From Armatimonadota bacterium (GTDB lineage Bacteria; Armatimonadota; Fimbriimonadia; Fimbriimonadales; GBS-DC): a stretch of DNA of 64,000 nucleotides. The translations under genes and the position numbers were made by a program. Below are positions 18,073 to 27,402 of this stretch, one piece after another. Every line of letters starts with the position of its first letter. Position 1 is the stretch's first letter. The stretch is from contig JBBIML010000006.1 in assembly GCA_037444405.1 (NCBI GenBank), forward strand, positions 128,001 to 192,000. The letters run 5' to 3'. The notes below the pieces were generated by a model. That model was not told the origin of the DNA, made no database searches, and saw nothing but the letters and a program-made list of their open reading frames with translations.

Positions 18073-19157
18073 CCCCTGCGTTGCATGAAGTCGAGCATGA
18101 AGTCGCGCAGCGCCTGCACGCCTTCGAGGGGCATGGCGTTATAGATCGAGGCGCGGCAGCCGCCGACGGAGCGGTGTCCCTTCAGCTCGTACAGCCCGTT
18201 CGCCTGCGCCTCCTGCAAAAACGCCTTCTCCAGCTCCTCGCTCGGCAGTCGCCAGGTCACATTCATTACGGAGCGGCATTCGGGGTGCGCATGCCCGCGA
18301 TAGAAGCCCCCACTCTGGTCGATCACCTCATACAGCAGGCTCGCCTTCTGGCGATTGAGCTGCTGCATGCGTTCCAGCCCGCCGATCTCGTTCAGCAGCC
18401 AGCGCGTGACGAGCATCACGATATAGATGGCGAACACGGGTGGCGTGTTATACACCGATTGATGCTCCGCTTGCAGGCGATAGTCGAGCATGGCGGGCAG
18501 GTTCGGTGGCACGCGCTCCAGCAGGTCCTCCCGAATAATCACGATGGTGACGCCAGCGGGTCCTGCGTTCTTCTGGGCGCCAGCGTAGATGAGCGCGTAG
18601 CGTTCGATGGGCAGTGGGCGCGACAGGAAATCGGACGAGGCGTCGCACACCAGCGGCAGGTCGCCCACAGGTGGCTCCTGCTGAAACTCCACGCCCTGAA
18701 TCGTCTCGTTGGAGGTGAAATGCACATAGGCGGCGTTGGGGTCGATGTCCAGTTCGTCGGGGCGTGGGGTTCGGGTGAAGTTCTCGCTTTTGCCTGACCA
18801 CGCGATGCGCGCCCGCCCGACCTTGAGCGCCTCTTGAAATGCCTTCTCACCCCATGAACCCGTGAGGATATAATCGGCAGAACGGTCGCCCAGCAGGTTC
18901 ATCGGCACCATCGCGAACTGCAGGCTCGCGCCGCCCTGCAAAAACAGCACGCGATAGTGAGCGGGGATATTCAGCAGCCGTCGCAGGTTCGCCTCCGTCT
19001 CCTGCAAAATCGCATCGAACCATCGGGAGCGGTGGCTGATCTCCAGCACCGACATGCCGACGCCTGGCAGCGCCAGCAAATCGCGCTGCGCTTCCTGCAG
19101 CACGGGCAGCGGCAACACCGCTGGACCCGCCGAAAAGTTCCACACTCGCTCTGGCAT
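18069..19157 (-). CDS. serC: phosphoserine aminotransferase
   Basis: NFSAGPAVLP, QGGASLQF, YAGAQKNAGPAG, YNTPP, GHRSVGGCRASIYNA. Confidence 0.98.
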   Translation of the reverse strand: MPERVWNFSAGPAVLPLPVLQEAQRDLLALPGVGMSVLEISHRSRWFDAILQETEANLRRLLNIPAHYRVLFLQGGASLQFAMVPMNLLGDRSADYILTGSWGEKAFQEALKVGRARIAWSGKSENFTRTPRPDELDIDPNAAYVHFTSNETIQGVEFQQEPPVGDLPLVCDASSDFLSRPLPIERYALIYAGAQKNAGPAGVTIVIIREDLLERVPPNLPAMLDYRLQAEHQSVYNTPPVFAIYIVMLVTRWLLNEIGGLERMQQLNRQKASLLYEVIDQSGGFYRGHAHPECRSVMNVTWRLPSEELEKAFLQEAQANGLYELKGHRSVGGCRASIYNAMPLEGVQALRDFMLDFMQRRG

Positions 19158-19172
19158 GACTGTCCCTCCAGC

Positions 19173-20603
19173 TTACAGAATGTATCGGCTCAGGTCGACA
19201 TCCTTCACGATGTCGCCGAGTTTGTTGCGCACATAGTCCACATCGATGACGATTCGCTCGCCTGCGCGTTCGGGCGCCTCGAACGAGAGGTCTTCCATCA
19301 GCTTCTCCATCACGGTGTGCAGGCGACGGGCGCCGATGTTCTCGGTGCGGGTGTTCACCTCGTAGGCGATGCGGGCAATCTCCTCAATCGCGTCGTCGGT
19401 GAATTCGAGTTCGACGCCCTCGGTGGCGAGCAGCTGCTGATACTGTTTGGTGAGCGCGTTGCGTGGCTCCCTGAGGATTCGGACGAAATCGGCGGCGGTC
19501 AGCGGCTCCAGCTCGACACGGATCGGCAATCGTCCCTGCAGCTCGGGAATGAGGTCGGAGGGCTTGCTCATATGGAACGCGCCCGCCGCAATAAAGAGGA
19601 TGTGGTCGGTGCGCACGGGACCGTACTTGGTGATGACGGTGGAGCCTTCGATGATGGGCAGCAGGTCGCGTTGCACGCCTTCGCGGCTCACATCGGGACC
19701 GTACTGACTGCGCGCGCCAGCGATTTTATCGATCTCGTCCAGAAAGATGATGCCCGTCTGTTCGGCGCGCTGGATCGCTTCGCGAACGACACTGGAGCGG
19801 TCGATGAGCTTGCGGGCTTCCTGCTGGGTGAGGATTTCGCGTGCCTCTTTGATGGTGACCACGCGGCGGGCACGGTTCTGTGGCACAAAGGGGTTGAAGG
19901 TGTCCACATCCATGCCCATCTCTTCGATGCCCTGCGCCGAGAACACCTGCAGGAAGGGGATGACGGGTTCCTCCACTTCGATTTCGATGGTTTCATCGTC
20001 GCGCAGTCCTGCGCGGATTTGTTCAGCGAGGGCGCGTCGGAGTCGGCGCCGCTCGGTTTCCGATTCTTCCGCGTTCTCATCCGATTCTTCCTGTTCAGGT
20101 GGGGTTTCGGTGCCGAAGATGAGGCGCATGAGGGGTGGGGGTGAGGTCTGGCGTCGGCGTCGGCGCGGGCGCAGCATCAGCTCCACGATGCGTTCCACCG
20201 CGCGCGCCTCCGCCCGCTCGCGCACCTCCTCCAGCTTCTCCTGCTCCACCATCCGCACGGCGACATTCACAAGGTCGCGCACCATCGAGTCGACATCGCG
20301 CCCCACATAGCCCACTTCGGTGAACTTGGTGGCTTCCACCTTGATGAAGGGCGCTTTCACCAGCGCTGCCAGGCGGCGCGCGATCTCGGTCTTGCCCACA
20401 CCTGTGGGACCAATCATCAGGATGTTTTTGGGCATCACCTCGTCGCGCAGTTCCGGTGGCAGTTGCTGGCGACGGTAGCGGTTGCGCAGGGCTATGGCGA
20501 CGGCGCGCTTCGCCTTCGCCTGACCCACAATATATTTATCCAGCTCCGCCACAATCTGGCGCGGAGTCAGCTCTTCAATCGGCAAAGTCGTTTCGGCTGG
20601 CAC
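19173..20603 (-). CDS. hslU: ATP-dependent protease ATPase subunit
   Basis: [58 protein letters not shown] start at 20603 inferred from -10 spacing (ORF track gives 20609). Confidence 0.96.
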   Translation of the reverse strand: MPAETTLPIEELTPRQIVAELDKYIVGQAKAKRAVAIALRNRYRRQQLPPELRDEVMPKNILMIGPTGVGKTEIARRLAALVKAPFIKVEATKFTEVGYVGRDVDSMVRDLVNVAVRMVEQEKLEEVRERAEARAVERIVELMLRPRRRRRQTSPPPLMRLIFGTETPPEQEESDENAEESETERRRLRRALAEQIRAGLRDDETIEIEVEEPVIPFLQVFSAQGIEEMGMDVDTFNPFVPQNRARRVVTIKEAREILTQQEARKLIDRSSVVREAIQRAEQTGIIFLDEIDKIAGARSQYGPDVSREGVQRDLLPIIEGSTVITKYGPVRTDHILFIAAGAFHMSKPSDLIPELQGRLPIRVELEPLTAADFVRILREPRNALTKQYQQLLATEGVELEFTDDAIEEIARIAYEVNTRTENIGARRLHTVMEKLMEDLSFEAPERAGERIVIDVDYVRNKLGDIVKDVDLSRYIL

Positions 20604-20671
20604 ATGCAAGAGTATACCCGCTGCTATGGGAATAATGGCTTGCAGGCGGGTATAATCCCTCAGGTGCTGCT

Positions 20672-21250
20672 ATGCGACACTTCTGGATGATGGGGCTTAT
20701 TGGGCTGATGGCGCTGGCGGCGGCGCAACCCCCACGCGAGACCCAGCAGAAGCTCGAGGCGGTTCGCGACCTGCTTCAGTTCCGTCTGGTGCAGTTGAGC
20801 GACTATTACTGGCACGAGGGACACCACTACAAGACGATGGCGCTGCTCTTCGTGCTGATCGAGTATGACCCGCAGGATGTGGAGGGCTTCGCCTCACTGG
20901 GCTGGTTGCTCGATAGCTACGGGCAGACCGAGCGCGCGTTTCAGGTCTATGAGCGTGGCATCCGCGCCAATCCGAATCGGTACGATCTCTATTTTGAGGC
21001 GGGCTTCTGGTACTCTCAAAAGGGCGAGTATCAGCGAGCGCGCGCCTATCTGGAGAAGGCGGTGAGCTTCAAAGAGGCGCCCATCTTCGTCTGGAAATCG
21101 CTGGCGCACACCTGCGAGCGCATGGGTGATTTGAAACGCGCCCTCGAAGCGTGGGAGAAAGCCAAACAGATGGACCCCACCGACGGCGCGGTCGATCTGA
21201 ACATGGCGCGTGTGCGCAGGAAACTGCAGGAACAGAGCGAACCAAAGTAG
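20672..21250 (+). CDS. secreted TPR-repeat protein
   Basis: Signal peptide followed by TPR-like helices (LGWLLDSYGQTERAFQVYERG, LAHTCERMGDLKRALEAWEKA). Confidence 0.8.
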   Translation: MRHFWMMGLIGLMALAAAQPPRETQQKLEAVRDLLQFRLVQLSDYYWHEGHHYKTMALLFVLIEYDPQDVEGFASLGWLLDSYGQTERAFQVYERGIRANPNRYDLYFEAGFWYSQKGEYQRARAYLEKAVSFKEAPIFVWKSLAHTCERMGDLKRALEAWEKAKQMDPTDGAVDLNMARVRRKLQEQSEPK

Positions 21251-21262
21251 GGGTGGTCAGGG

Positions 21263-21553
21263 ATGATTTCGCCCATCGATCTGGTCATCTGGGTATTGCA
21301 GGCGCTGGTGGTGATTATCATTCTGGATGTCATCTTCTCGTGGATACGGTTTGCGGGTGGGCGCGTGCCGCGCTATAACCCGGTGGTGCGCTTTATTGAG
21401 CGAGTCGCGGACGCCATCTTAGACCCCTTCCGTCGCCTGCAGGAACGGCTCTTCCGCAGCGCTGGCATGAGCATGTTCCCCATCGACTTCTCGCCTGTGC
21501 TGGCGATTATTCTGATCCAGTTTCTGGTTGCGCTATTGAACGGGCTGCGGTAA
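21263..21553 (+). CDS. YggT family membrane protein
   Basis: IFSWI...ILDPFRR...IDFSPVLAII. Confidence 0.9.
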   Translation: MISPIDLVIWVLQALVVIIILDVIFSWIRFAGGRVPRYNPVVRFIERVADAILDPFRRLQERLFRSAGMSMFPIDFSPVLAIILIQFLVALLNGLR

Positions 21554-21562
21554 GCCCCGTGT

Positions 21563-24217
21563 TCAGCTCTGCAACTGCTGTCGGATCAGCTCGGGCAGGG
21601 TTTGCAGGGCGGTGGGTAGTTGGTCAGGCTGTTTGCCACCTGCCTGGGCGAAGTCGGGCTTGCCGCCGCCGGAACCGTTGATGCGCTGTGCCAGCTCGCG
21701 TGCCAGTTGACCCGCATGCAAGCCTCGCTGTACCCATTCAGGCGCAATTTTGACCACCAGCACGGCTTTGCTATCCTGCGCTGTGCCGAGCGCGACCACG
21801 CCTGCGCCTTTCTGGATGAGCCGATCTGCGAGCGCGCCCAGCGATTTGCCGTCCGCGCCCGCGACCACCTGCGCAATCACGGGCACGCCCGCCACCTCCA
21901 CAGGCGTCATCTCGCCGACAGCCTGCGCAACCGCGCTTTGCCGGAGCCGTTCCAGCTCGTCCTGCAGCTCTTTCAGCTGGCGTGTGAGGCGTTCGACGGC
22001 GCGGGGCAGTTCGGGCACAGGCGTCTGCAGGCGTTCGGCAGCCTCGCGAATGGCATGCTCACGCTCACGCAGCCACTGATAGAGCCAGCGCCCTGTGAGC
22101 GCCTCGATGCGCCGCACGCCCGCCGCCACACTGCCCTCATGAACAATCTTGAACAGCCCCGCTTCGATGGTGTTGGTCAGATGGGTGCCGCCGCACAGCT
22201 CCAGTGAGAAGCCCGGTATCTCCACCATGCGCACGCGCTCGCCGTACTTTTCGCCAAAGAGCATCATTGCGCCGCGCCGACGCGCCTCTTCGATCGGCAC
22301 ATCGGTGTGGACCCGCACCTCCAGCTCCGCCAGAATCTTCTCGTTGACCAGCGATTCGATGCGCTCCAGTTCGTCGGGCGTGAGGGCGCGCGGATGGGTG
22401 AAGTCGAAGCGCAGTCGGTCGGGCGCCACCAGCGAGCCTGCCTGCACCACATGGGGTCCCAGCACGGTGCGAAGCGCCGCGTGCAGAAGGTGCGTCGCCG
22501 TGTGATTGCGCCGGATGTCCAGGCGGCGTTGCGCGGGCACACGGGCATGTACCGTTTGCTCGATGGTCAGCTCACCTTCCACGATTCGAGCGTGATGGAA
22601 ATAAAAATCACCCGCTTTCTGGGTATCCAGCACTTCGGCTCTGCCGCCCGCCCATTCCAGGAGTCCCGTGTCGCCCACCTGTCCACCCGCTTCGGCATAG
22701 AAGGGAGTGATGTCCAGCACGATCTCCGCCATCTCGCCCTCATGGGAGGCGGGCACAAGATTGCCCTCTTTGACCAGCCCCACAACGGTCGCTTCGGCTT
22801 CGAGCTGGTCATAGCCCACGAATCGGGTTGGTGATGCCCGCTGCGCCAGTTCAGTGAGGGCGGCGCCCGTTTGCACGAAGAGCTTCTCGGAGATGCCGCT
22901 GGCTTCGCGGGCGCGGCGACGCTGTTCCTCCAGCGCGCGCTGAAAGCCTTCGATATCGACCTGCACGCCTCGTTCCGCCGCGATCTCGCGTGTCAGCTCC
23001 AGTGGGAAGCCGTAGGTGTCATAGAGGGTGAAGGCGCGTTCGCCGGGCAATACGCCCGATTCGGGCAGCTCGGTCAGCATCTCTTCCAGTCGCGCCAGCC
23101 CTGTCTGCAGCGTCTGGCGGAACCGCTCTTCCTCAAAGCGCAGCGTGCTTTCGATATACGCCTGTCGCTGTACGATTTCAGGGTACTGGTCGCCCAGCGC
23201 TTCGATGACGGCGGGCACCAGCTCGGCGAGGAACGGCTTCTCCAGATTGAGGATGCGCAGCCCGCGCGTGATGGCGCGGCGGATAAGCCGCCGCAACACA
23301 TAGCCGCGCCCCTCGTTCTGGGGGATCACACCATCGGCGATGCTGAAGGTCGCTGCGCGAATATGATCGGCGATCAGGCGAATAGCGGTATCGCTGGCTT
23401 CACCTGCTTTATAGGCGATACCGGCTATCTGCTCGATGCGGCGCACGATGGGCGCGAACACATCGGTCTCATAGGGGCTTTCCAGCCCCATCAGCACCGC
23501 TGCCGTGCGCTCCAGCCCCATGCCCGTGTCGATGTTCTTCTTTGGCAGCAGAACCAGCTTTGGCTTGCCGTTCTCTTCAGTGCGCTCGTACTGCATGAAC
23601 ACGAGGTTCCAGATTTCGAGCCAGCGTCCGCATTCACAGGCGGGACCGCAGTCGGGGTTGTTGCAGCCTGTGTTCAGCCCGGTGTCGTAGAAGATTTCGG
23701 AGCAGGGACCGCAGGGACCGTTGGGACCCTCGCTGATGGCGTTTGCGGGCCAGAAGTTGGTCTTCTCGCCTAATCGCCAGATTCGGTTCGCTTCGATGCC
23801 CACCTCGCGGTGCCAGATGTCGAACGCCTCATCGTCATCCTGAAAAACGGTGAACTGCAGGCGGTTGGGGTCTACCTTCAGCCGCTCGGTGAGGAACTCG
23901 AACGCCCAGAGGATCGCCTCGCGCTTGAAATAGTCGCCGAAGCTGAAGTTGCCCAGCATCTCGAAGAAGGTGAGATGCGACAGGTCGCCCACCGAGTCGA
24001 TGTCGGTGGTGCGCAGGCACTTCTGCACAGTGGTGACGCGCGGCGCGGGCGGTTGCGCCGTGCCCAGAAAGTAGGGCTTGAACTGTACCATGCCCGCGCT
24101 GGTGAACAGCAGGGAGGGGTCTTTCGGCACGAGGCTATCGGAGGGGAGCAGCCGATGCCCCTTCTGCTGAAAGAACTCCAGAAACGCCCGTCGCAGGTCG
24201 CGCGCGTTCCAAGTCAT
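21563..24217 (-). CDS. alaS: alanine--tRNA ligase
   Basis: LLFTSAGMVQFK, FFEMLGNFSFGDYFK, IDTGMGLER, NHTATHLL, ELCGGTH, GGGKPDFAQAGG. Confidence 0.98.
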   Translation of the reverse strand: MTWNARDLRRAFLEFFQQKGHRLLPSDSLVPKDPSLLFTSAGMVQFKPYFLGTAQPPAPRVTTVQKCLRTTDIDSVGDLSHLTFFEMLGNFSFGDYFKREAILWAFEFLTERLKVDPNRLQFTVFQDDDEAFDIWHREVGIEANRIWRLGEKTNFWPANAISEGPNGPCGPCSEIFYDTGLNTGCNNPDCGPACECGRWLEIWNLVFMQYERTEENGKPKLVLLPKKNIDTGMGLERTAAVLMGLESPYETDVFAPIVRRIEQIAGIAYKAGEASDTAIRLIADHIRAATFSIADGVIPQNEGRGYVLRRLIRRAITRGLRILNLEKPFLAELVPAVIEALGDQYPEIVQRQAYIESTLRFEEERFRQTLQTGLARLEEMLTELPESGVLPGERAFTLYDTYGFPLELTREIAAERGVQVDIEGFQRALEEQRRRAREASGISEKLFVQTGAALTELAQRASPTRFVGYDQLEAEATVVGLVKEGNLVPASHEGEMAEIVLDITPFYAEAGGQVGDTGLLEWAGGRAEVLDTQKAGDFYFHHARIVEGELTIEQTVHARVPAQRRLDIRRNHTATHLLHAALRTVLGPHVVQAGSLVAPDRLRFDFTHPRALTPDELERIESLVNEKILAELEVRVHTDVPIEEARRRGAMMLFGEKYGERVRMVEIPGFSLELCGGTHLTNTIEAGLFKIVHEGSVAAGVRRIEALTGRWLYQWLREREHAIREAAERLQTPVPELPRAVERLTRQLKELQDELERLRQSAVAQAVGEMTPVEVAGVPVIAQVVAGADGKSLGALADRLIQKGAGVVALGTAQDSKAVLVVKIAPEWVQRGLHAGQLARELAQRINGSGGGKPDFAQAGGKQPDQLPTALQTLPELIRQQLQS

Positions 24218-24261
24218 GGCTGTGCGTGATGAGCCTCTCAAGAGGCAAGTCGGTCGCGATT

Positions 24262-24648
24262 CTACTGACCATAGCATCCGCAGCTGCCGCAGCCGCAGCC
24301 GGGCGCGCCCTCGACACCCTCTGCCTGAAACGACGAGCCACAGCCGCAGGTGGCTATCGCGTTCGGGTTATCGATCTTGAACCCACCGCCCAGCATGTCT
24401 TCCACATAGTCGATGGAAGAGCCGTCCATATACTGGATGCTCAGGTTGTCCACATAGATTCGCACGCCGTGCGACTCGAAGATGAGGTCGTCGGGTTCGG
24501 GCTCGGCGTCGTCGATCGCCATCTGGTACTGCAGTCCGCTGCAGCCGCCGCCCGCCACCCAAACGCGCAGGCTGGCGTTCGGAATGCCCTGCTCCTCCAG
24601 CAACGCTCTGATCTCCTGAGCCGCACGCTCGGTAAGTGTGATTGCCAT
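24262..24648 (-). CDS. A-type Fe-S cluster carrier (IscA/ErpA/HesB family)
   Basis: GGCSGLQY and NPNAIATCGCGSSF, plus an extra Cys-rich tail. Confidence 0.93.
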   Translation of the reverse strand: MAITLTERAAQEIRALLEEQGIPNASLRVWVAGGGCSGLQYQMAIDDAEPEPDDLIFESHGVRIYVDNLSIQYMDGSSIDYVEDMLGGGFKIDNPNAIATCGCGSSFQAEGVEGAPGCGCGSCGCYGQ

Positions 24649-24812
24649 CGGTCTCTACCTCCACAGGGATTATACCCGACTGACCTGCCCTTCCGCGCCC
24701 AAAAACAAAACTCGCATTTTTCGCATGTGAAAGGGGCGGCTGGGTGTGGAAAAACGCCTCTGCAGACGCCTGACAGGGCGTCCGATACTCTTGCAACAGG
24801 AGGAGTGGAACG

Positions 24813-25241
24813 ATGCGACGAGTGAAGGGCTTTACGCTGATAGAGATGCTCGCGGTGCTGGTGATTCTGGTGACACTGGCGGCGATTGTGATCCCGCGCT
24901 TTATTAATGCGGGCACGCGCAGCCGCGAAGCCGCTTTACGACAGACGCTGGCGGAAGTGCGCAACGCCATCTCCATCTTCCGCAACGACACGGGCTACTA
25001 CCCCCGGCAGCTCAGCGACCTGACGGCGACCACCCCACCGACTCAGGGCTATGACCGCTGGGGTCAGCTCCAGCCGATTGACCCTGCCGATTATCACGGT
25101 CCCTATCTGGATAAGCTGCCCATCTGCCCCATTTCCAAGCAGCCGCTGCAGTACTATCGGAACGCGCAGACGGGCGCATGGGATGTGCGCAGCCCGTCCA
25201 CGGCACGCGCACAGGACGGCACGCGCTACAACACCTGGTAG
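24813..25241 (+). CDS. type II secretion major pseudopilin-like protein (GspG-like)
   Basis: Class III signal KGFTLIEML...IVIP, followed by FRNDTGYYP and YHGPYL. Confidence 0.85.
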   Translation: MRRVKGFTLIEMLAVLVILVTLAAIVIPRFINAGTRSREAALRQTLAEVRNAISIFRNDTGYYPRQLSDLTATTPPTQGYDRWGQLQPIDPADYHGPYLDKLPICPISKQPLQYYRNAQTGAWDVRSPSTARAQDGTRYNTW

Positions 25242-25249
25242 GTGGTGTT

Positions 25250-25660
25250 ATGCAGGGTCGGGACTATCGCCAGCAGCGGGGTTTGAGCCTTGTGGAGGTG
25301 CTCACCGCGGTGGTTATCATCGCGGTGGGGCTGCTGGCGATTGCCGGCACGCTGGGCTGGGTCAGCCGCTCCAGCGCGAAAATGCGCTATCAGAAGATCG
25401 CACTCACGCTGGCGGAAAGCAAACTCGCTGAGCTGGAGGCTGACCCCCAGCTGCCTGCAAGACCAACGACCCAGTTATTTAATGTGGGGCGCCCCGTGAG
25501 CAATTTGCCGCGCGGAGCCGTGATGCAGCTCTATTCGGAGCCGTTTCCGACGCCGACCGAGAAACGCCTGCGTCGGGTGCGAATCGAGGTGCGCTGGGGC
25601 GCACCCAACGACCCGCTCAGCGGGCGAATCGTGCGCGAGCGGCTCATCTGCTTGAGGTGA
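25250..25660 (+). CDS. minor (pseudo)pilin, PilV/GspI-like
   Basis: RGLSLVEVL prepilin motif. Confidence 0.8.
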   Translation: MQGRDYRQQRGLSLVEVLTAVVIIAVGLLAIAGTLGWVSRSSAKMRYQKIALTLAESKLAELEADPQLPARPTTQLFNVGRPVSNLPRGAVMQLYSEPFPTPTEKRLRRVRIEVRWGAPNDPLSGRIVRERLICLR

Positions 25661-26268
25661 GAACCATGCGACTGCGGCAGGGCTTGACGCTGGTGGAAGC
25701 ACTCATCGCGCTTGCGGTCGCAGGCTTGCTGGTTGCAGCCCTGTTGACTGTTTATGTGCAGGGCATGCGCGGCTCCACTCACCTGCAGAGCAAGGCGCTC
25801 ACCGAGCGCATGGTGGAAACCGCGCTGATGGAGATGGAGAGCGCGTGCCGACAGGCGATGTTCGCGGAGGTCAAAAACGGGCGACTGATTCTGACCTTCC
25901 CGCGTGATACCGACGCCTACGGCAAGCCGATTCCCCGTAAGGTGAACGATTCGCCCGCCTATCGCAAGGGCGCAGAGATAATCTACTATCTGTCGGACAC
26001 CTCTGGTGCGCTCAATCGGCGCGGCACAGTTCTCTGGCGAGCGGTGATAAACGGCGCCTCTATTCAGCCTGACCGCGCATGGAGCCTGCTTGGCAACGGG
26101 CGAGGACGAATCACACCCATCACCCAGTTCACCCCATCGGTGCAAATCTCGCCCGCTGGCGTGGCGGTAACCCTAACGGTGCAATCGATCATTCAATCAG
26201 GGGAGGATCGCTATGAGACAACACGCACGCGCACATTTCTGGTGCAGAATGCGAACACATGGCGTTAG
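25657..26268 (+). CDS. minor (pseudo)pilin, PilW/GspJ-like
   Basis: QGLTLVEAL prepilin motif; overlaps the upstream stop. Confidence 0.8.
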   Translation: MRTMRLRQGLTLVEALIALAVAGLLVAALLTVYVQGMRGSTHLQSKALTERMVETALMEMESACRQAMFAEVKNGRLILTFPRDTDAYGKPIPRKVNDSPAYRKGAEIIYYLSDTSGALNRRGTVLWRAVINGASIQPDRAWSLLGNGRGRITPITQFTPSVQISPAGVAVTLTVQSIIQSGEDRYETTRTRTFLVQNANTWR

Positions 26269-27334
26269 GCGTCAGCGCGGCAGCACCTACGCGATAGCGC
26301 TGATTGTGCTAACAGTGCTGGGCACGCTGGCGACGATGCTCGGCTGGAGCGCGCTGATGCAGAGCCGACAGGCGCAGGCGAAGGAGACCCAGCTGCGCCT
26401 CGATTCGCTGCTCGCCAGCGGCGTCACCTACGCCTGCTGGGCACGCTGCTATCAGGGAAGAAACCTGCCCTTCACCTTTACGCTTAATCTGAGCGAAGGG
26501 CGAGTCGTGGGGCGCGTGAGCCAGAATAAGCGCTACGGCGATAACGCGATGGAGGTGCGCGTCACAGCGACCTATAAAGACCATACCAAGACGCTCACCC
26601 GCATCATTGATGGCAGCCAGAAAGCCCGCAGCACCACCGAGTTCGCCCTGTTCCTCGATGAGGAGCTGGTGGTGGATGGCGGCAGGAAGCTGACCCTGAA
26701 GGGCGACCTGCGCGCCAACAACAACATCCAGGTCAAACCCGGCGGCACCCTGAGCGTGCAGGGCGCGGTCAGCACCAGCCGCCAGATTATCACCGGGACA
26801 CTTACTGGATTCACCGCCACCCTCTATATGGAGCAGTGGGCCCAGGTTATGCCCGATGACCTGCCCGATATCGGCGAGCTGTACTCGCAAGCCACACAGG
26901 TGGTTGCCGGCAATCAGAACCTGCCGTTCGGACTGACTCTGACCAACAAATCGGTCTACTATGTGCAGGGCAATCTGCAGATTCAGGGCGCTCTGAAGGG
27001 CTGCGCGATTATCGTGGCGGAAGGCAATATTGTGTTCACGGGCGACACCAGCTACGCCGACAACGACTCGCTGTTCGTGTTCTTTGCGGAGGGCAACATC
27101 GAGGTGCCCGATAACGCCCGCGTGTCGGGGCTGCTTATCAGCCTCGATGGGAATGTGAAACTGGGCAACAGGGCGCAGGTCAACGGCGGGATTATCATTC
27201 TGGATGGCGATTTGCAGCTGCAGGGCGAGGCACAGCTCGAACATGACCCGCGCATTAACGCCGACCTCTTCCGCGAGCTGACTCGCCTGCAGGAAACTAC
27301 GGGGGGGCTCCCCGTCCTCGTGCCGTTCCCGTGA
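26249..27334 (+). CDS. PilX/GspK-like minor pilin with beta-helix-like C-terminus
   Basis: RQRGSTYAIALIVL (no Glu+5, typical of PilX/GspK). Repeated G-N-(I/V)-x beta strands. Confidence 0.7.
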   Translation: MRTHGVRRQRGSTYAIALIVLTVLGTLATMLGWSALMQSRQAQAKETQLRLDSLLASGVTYACWARCYQGRNLPFTFTLNLSEGRVVGRVSQNKRYGDNAMEVRVTATYKDHTKTLTRIIDGSQKARSTTEFALFLDEELVVDGGRKLTLKGDLRANNNIQVKPGGTLSVQGAVSTSRQIITGTLTGFTATLYMEQWAQVMPDDLPDIGELYSQATQVVAGNQNLPFGLTLTNKSVYYVQGNLQIQGALKGCAIIVAEGNIVFTGDTSYADNDSLFVFFAEGNIEVPDNARVSGLLISLDGNVKLGNRAQVNGGIIILDGDLQLQGEAQLEHDPRINADLFRELTRLQETTGGLPVLVPFP

Positions 27335-27375
27335 AGGAGTGGATATTGCCTGGCACAGGGAGATTTATTGACGCA

Positions 27376-27402
27376 GTACGGGCGCGGTCACCGCGCCCGT
27401 GC
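27376..27402. repeat. REP-like palindrome, family B (GTAG-type)
   Basis: gtacgggcgcggtcaccgcgcccgtgc resembles the copy at 36280-36304. Confidence 0.6.

Noticed and set aside
27351..27366. TGGCAC as a sigma-54 promoter before the HD-GYP gene
   Set aside because: No GC at the -12 position.
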